From Catajapyx aquilonaris (lineage: Eukaryota), in contig JYFJ02003896.1 in NCBI GenBank assembly GCA_000934665.2, positions 1-36,717 on the forward strand: 36,717 nt of DNA, written 5' to 3'. Below, one piece after another: positions 32,714 through 36,717 of this stretch; within the stretch, counting starts at the first letter, position 1; each line of letters begins with the position of its first letter. Position numbers and translations under genes: made by a program. The notes under the pieces were generated by a model. It had not been told where the DNA came from, did not search any database, and saw nothing but the letters and a program-made list of their open reading frames with translations.

Positions 32714-35700
32714 TCAGGACGGAGCGAAGAAGTAGTCCTTGGTCATTTGGGCTTGGAGTTCTTCTTGATTGACGTAGCCCTCAGATCGCCTGCGGCCCGT
32801 GTCGCCCCTGCAATCAACCTGTGTGGTGCTACTCTTTGCTTGGCCAAGGTAACCAGGGAGCGAGCTGGATGAATGGCGGTGCGTGAACGACGCAATACCA
32901 TTGTAGCGCTTACTGCCCTTCGGGTGCTTCCAGAGTGGCAGTGAGTATTGTTCAAGGACAGGCAAGAAGGAAGCAGAAAGGGAAACTACTGTTAGTAAGC
33001 AGGCAGTCACAAACACTTTAAATAAATTGATATAGCTTAAGGATAACCTGCATCATGAAATAGGAGCAAGAGGCAGGAGACATTTTTATGCTCTATTTCT
33101 CAATCAAGAGACTGAACCCAGCTTGCACTTGAGACTATTTTATAAATCCCACCCAGAACACTGTCACTTGTTGTTGCAAAAGGAAACCCCACTTGGGAGT
33201 TTTAAATAGGCCTACAAGTAAAATCAATTGCTTGGTCAGAATTCAAATTAACTTGTATAACTGCAGGTAGCCTGTAAGACTCAGAAAATATGTATCCAAT
33301 AGGACACAAAAGCCAGAAGTTATGCATGACTTGCAAAGTCGTGTAGCTGCTACTTTTCTCCACAATGAAGCTAGAATCAGCTCAAGTACTTTCATCTTGG
33401 AAATCTACAAAAAGCCTAAATCTGAGAGGAAGGGTGCACTTTGTCACTGCCCTGTACACTCACTCTACCTGAAGGGCCATGTCTGGGTCTATGTACAGTA
33501 TAAGAATTTATAAGCTGCAATCTGGCATCACTGCTGTTTTAAACCCCACTTATACTGTATTTAAAATGACAGGTCTAGAGCAAGTCAGGGTTGAACCCAG
33601 GGCCAACCCAGACCTACATACAGAATGAAAAACAAGCGCCGAGTTACTCAACTTCAACCCTAGAACTGCCAACGCAGAGTCAACTTCGACTCTTCTTTTG
33701 AAAACCCATTATGTACACCAGACAAAAAGTAGAATAGCCTACATTTGGCCTACTTACACGATACCTGTAGTGGTTGGTCGTGTAATAGTTTGTACCTTCA
33801 CCTCCTCCTCAATGTCCTCCTCTCTCCACTTGTCCTCTTCCCCTCCTGCTTCTTCCTCCTCCTTCTTATCATTATCACAGCTTTGGTCGGACTTGGAGTC
33901 GCCCTGGTTCGTCGGACTTGCATACGACTGGACAAGTGGGGGAAGGATCCATTCGCACGCACACAAAAAAAAATTCAGTAAAAAAATGTGACGGTTGCAC
34001 GGAGAGGAAGGGGAGAGGATGGCAATAAGAGCAACAATTAAAACATTGTCCCAACAAACAGTAAATTTACACTGAAAAAGTGATTTAGTGAGTGATAAGA
34101 TCAAATGACTGGGTTATCTAATCAAGTCTCTGCGAGTGCCAGAATAAAAGCTTGAGGCGATACAGAAACAATTCAGCTCTACATAAGCAATGTCTCCGTC
34201 TTTTTTTTATTTTTTAGGTCTCATATCTCTACGGAGATGATGCATAAGCATGGGTAAAAATGCAGATCAGACAAAAAAAAAGTATAGCAGAACAAACAGC
34301 GTAAACTAGGGGGTTAAAAATTACCTTCTTCACATCACACATTTTGCTGCTACCCATTTCAAGGTTGGCATGGTGGAATGGAAAAATTCGGGTTTTTTTT
34401 TCATGGTGGGATATAGGTTAAGGGGAGGGCAAAAAAAAAAAATTGTTGGTGATTCTCATAAAGCGACTAATTATCTTGGAAAGGGCAAATCCCATAGTAT
34501 CATCATCATAATCATCATCATCATGCAATTATCATGTGCCAATAATATTGTCTTTTATCAGATGAAATGTGCCCCATCCAATTTCCATCTAATTTTCAAT
34601 ATGCCCTACTATACGTACAAAAAACATATATTATGTCAGTTTTCTGGACACTTTCTTTTTTCCTAGTTGACTGGAGGCAGTCTAACACTCACATTTCCTG
34701 GTCTAAGACTGAGAGGGGCTGGTGGGGAAGGGGGGGTCGAATCCCCATTGTGGCGTAATCAAAAGGCTCTGTCATTGTTTAAGCAACTCTACTGTTACTT
34801 CCAACTCTCTAATTAACCGTTACCACAGAGAATGATAGTAAAAATAGGAGCTATGTCATTTCCTAGCTCCCAAAAATTCTGTAACCACTGTAACTCTACA
34901 AATCTGAGGTGCATATTGTTCCAGAAGTAAAAAAGGAATTAACTAATCCTCAGATTTGCAGATACCTACACTAATTGTAAGGAGGAGGCAAAAAACTGTT
35001 AAAATGCTACTTCCTATGTAATCTACTGATCAAAGTGCGACTTATCCACACTGTTAGGACATTAGTTATGTTATTCTTTAAAAAATTAACATACACTACA
35101 ACAGACATTCTACTTTTCGAGCGGGCAATGTAGGAACCACTTACTTTCCTCAATCTTTTTATATTTCCCGTATATACCTCTCAACACAGCTCTAAACATA
35201 TCCTGGCCGAGGGTGCGTTCGGTCAAAGACAACAACGGAAAGGGGGGAGGGCGGAGATTAGTTTTAAATCTGACACATGCTTATTGTCAAAATGGTGGCT
35301 GGTGGGGCATTTGAAAAAGATGTAGACAATGAAGTAACAAGTTGGTGGAAAGTTTGGTGTGGGAGCAGGTAAGGCACTTGTAATGACATTTACCTTTGGC
35401 TTCACTGCCTGGTTGCAGACACGCAGGTGCAGCTTCTGTTTGCACAACGCCTGAAGGCAGGCCACAGCTGCAGACAAATATATATATTTTAAAATTAACA
35501 GGCCACTTGGTAGCAGTTAAAAATGGTTTCCTGTAGCATTGTATAGCAATTTTGGAGAGCCTCAATCCTTAACAGATATACCAAGGAATACTGCAGAAAG
35601 TTATTTTCAGATCTCTCTTCAGTCTATGCTGTTGCGACATTTTCTTTTGTGTCCCACAACTACAAGTTTAATACATTTAGCATGGGTTCCCTCATGGTTA

Positions 35701-35912
35701 CCTGCTTCTCTATTCCTGTGGTATTTGTTCTCCCAGGCATCCATCAGCATGTTGTAGTATCGCACAGTCTCAAAGTAAGGGAAGTAGGTGTGCGTGTCTG
35801 AAGTGGGGAAGATACGGGAAAACCTTCCTGCTACTATCAGCTCATCCTCCGCTTCGATCAAGTGTCGAACGTCATCTGGGGTCAGCTCCTCCAGAATGGT
35901 TTGGATGTAACT
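32714..35912 (-). CDS. TTLL4: 3' part of a TTLL4-like tubulin glutamylase (5' part beyond the right edge); well supported exons 35702..35912 and 35394..35467; candidate downstream exons 35178..35202, 34693..34768, 34325..34349, 33758..33927 and last exon 32714..32926
   Basis: Exon 35912..35702 reads SYIQTILEELTPDDVRHLIEAEDELIVAGRFSRIFPT...RYYNMLMDAWENKY and continues in phase 1 into AVACLQALCKQKLHL, matching the post-catalytic region of TTLL4 as I recall it (LTPDDVR.L.E.EDE...G.F.RIFP...RY.N.L...WE.KY). Downstream exons rest on splice signals and frame only. Minus-strand AATAAA at 32381..32376. Confidence 0.8.
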
Positions 35913-36230
35913 CTACAAGGAAACCAGACAAGAACACATTAAAAGTGAAACACAAAAGAAAGCAGGAAAATAATTCACAACTTCTTGCTCTATCTAAATT
36001 TTGCACAGGCCAAATATATGGAATATTAAACTGAAAATGAGCCACTACACCATGCCAGGATGAAAGAAATATTCATTCAAGGTGAAAAATCCTGACGCTT
36101 TGCAAATGTCTCACTTTCCACCTACTACCCATTTGGATGCCATCTGAGCTAAGTTGATCCATCATCGGATGAAACACTCAATTCCAAAATGTTGGCAACG
36201 TTATGATTACAGCAGAGGACAATCCATATT

Positions 36231-36717
36231 TTAAGGGCGATAGCCCTTAAGACCGTAGCATAGATTTCAACAATGTTTCAACAATGAATTTTTCCTACTA
36301 GTTCTTCTTCTTGTTACGTTTTTTTTATTCGCCCTAACTCAAGTTCTGCTGCAGGTAGAGCTTCCAAATTTTGAACACAGATCCCCACCGTCGTGACTTG
36401 ATTTCCTACCACTTACACTTTTACTTAATTCCTCTTCAAAACGCCGCAAAAAAAATTTAAACCCACCAAAAAATACGTTTCCATTTTTTTGCTCAATACC
36501 TCTTCGGAATTTGGTTTCTTCGTCAAAAGGCCGAAGGTGCAGTGGGATGGTGCGGATCTATGTTCAAAATATCACTGTTCCCACTGCTACAGGATTGGAG
36601 CTGTTATTTTTTTTACCTCGTATTTCTTCTGTCATTAATTCATTTGTTCATTACGCCATCACCTAGAAACGACAATCTTGTTTACCCACTAGCCATATTG
36701 TTATTAGCCAAATGTTA
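36231..36717. mobile_element. Possible Helentron-derived (HINE/DINE-1-like) non-autonomous repeat in a TTLL4 intron, running off the window
   Basis: Starts in a T run with the palindrome TTAAGGGCGATAGCCCTTAA, followed by (TTC)n and an AACTCAAG...AAATTTTG-type core. Architecture resemblance only; the other end is not visible. Confidence 0.3.

Noticed and set aside
1..36717. CRISPR array, tRNA or rRNA genes, transposase or reverse transcriptase ORFs
   Set aside because: No regularly spaced direct repeats, cloverleaf or rRNA-like sequence, or DDE/RT motifs were seen. The DNA is eukaryotic.

Overview
Eukaryotic (metazoan invertebrate, plausibly arthropod; taxon not determinable by eye) genomic window with spliceosomal GT-AG introns. 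From about 10.7 kb onward it is a compact gene cluster. I rebuilt the exon chains by hand with consistent splice phases: a membrane-anchored NAT8/camello-type GNAT acetyltransferase (+), HACL1 (+), SRBD1/Tex-like (-), selenocysteine lyase SCLY (+, head-to-head with SRBD1), CCDC148-like (+) and the 3' end of a TTLL4-like tubulin glutamylase (-). The first ~9.4 kb has no recognisable protein and looks like regulatory or intronic DNA of a minus-strand gene lying off the left edge. Introns and UTRs carry many non-autonomous inverted-repeat elements (Tc1/pogo-, Kolobok-, Harbinger- and piggyBac-like MITEs, fold-back palindromes, a possible solo LTR). Most notable: (1) the SCLY orthologue has Pro where human SCLY has the selenium-specificity residue Asp146; (2) the GNAT gene and HACL1 may share one promoter/leader exon or form an operon-like unit; (3) TTLL4 has three candidate small exons that keep frame only when all are included; (4) an RFX X-box plus forkhead site lies upstream of CCDC148. 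Protein identifications come from remembered family motifs, not from database searches.
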